This document shows positions 63,891 to 64,000 of a DNA stretch of 64,000 bases, one piece after another; positions within the stretch are counted from its first letter, which is position 1; each line of letters begins with the position of its first letter. This DNA is from Chiloscyllium plagiosum (taxonomy: Eukaryota): NCBI RefSeq assembly GCF_004010195.1, contig NC_057718.1:100197578-100261577 (forward strand). Direction: 5' to 3'. The position numbers and the translations under genes were made by a program. The notes below the pieces were generated by a model. That model was not told the origin of the DNA. It searched no databases and saw only the letters and a list, made by a program, of their open reading frames with translations.

Positions 63891-64000
63891 CTGCAAGCCA
63901 GAGAGAAAATAAAATAAAAGCTTGGGAAAGTCAGTGGATGTGGAAATAATTTGAGGGCAAAACAAAGTGTTCCATTTATCACAATCTATTTAATAAACAC

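Overview
Eukaryotic (vertebrate) genomic DNA, almost certainly from a shark (HE1/V-SINEs with (TCTAA)n tails, HER1/CR1 LINEs), with five N-gaps. Most of the window is interspersed repeat: CR1, Rex/Babar, Tx1/L1 and L2-like LINE pieces, two tRNA-SINE families, several Penelope-like element (PLE) families, a truncated SCAN-containing Gmr1-type Ty3/Gypsy element, two solo LTRs and Tc1/pogo MITEs. I find no intact host gene, and the long ORFs in the track are repeat fragments, microsatellites or N-gap artefacts. The non-repeat islands, read on the minus strand, form a chain of about 17 exons (63890 to ~2000, 5' end outside the window). They have canonical splice sites and mostly matching phases but carry stops, frameshifts and TE insertions: a large decayed multi-exon gene that I cannot name. 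The PLE ends carry minimal hammerhead ribozyme motifs and insert as hairpins with 12-15 bp TSDs. One such hairpin (45025-48819) encloses 3.4 kb of old genomic cargo, resembling a composite transposon. Repeat boundaries are by eye and approximate unless TSDs or TIRs are quoted.
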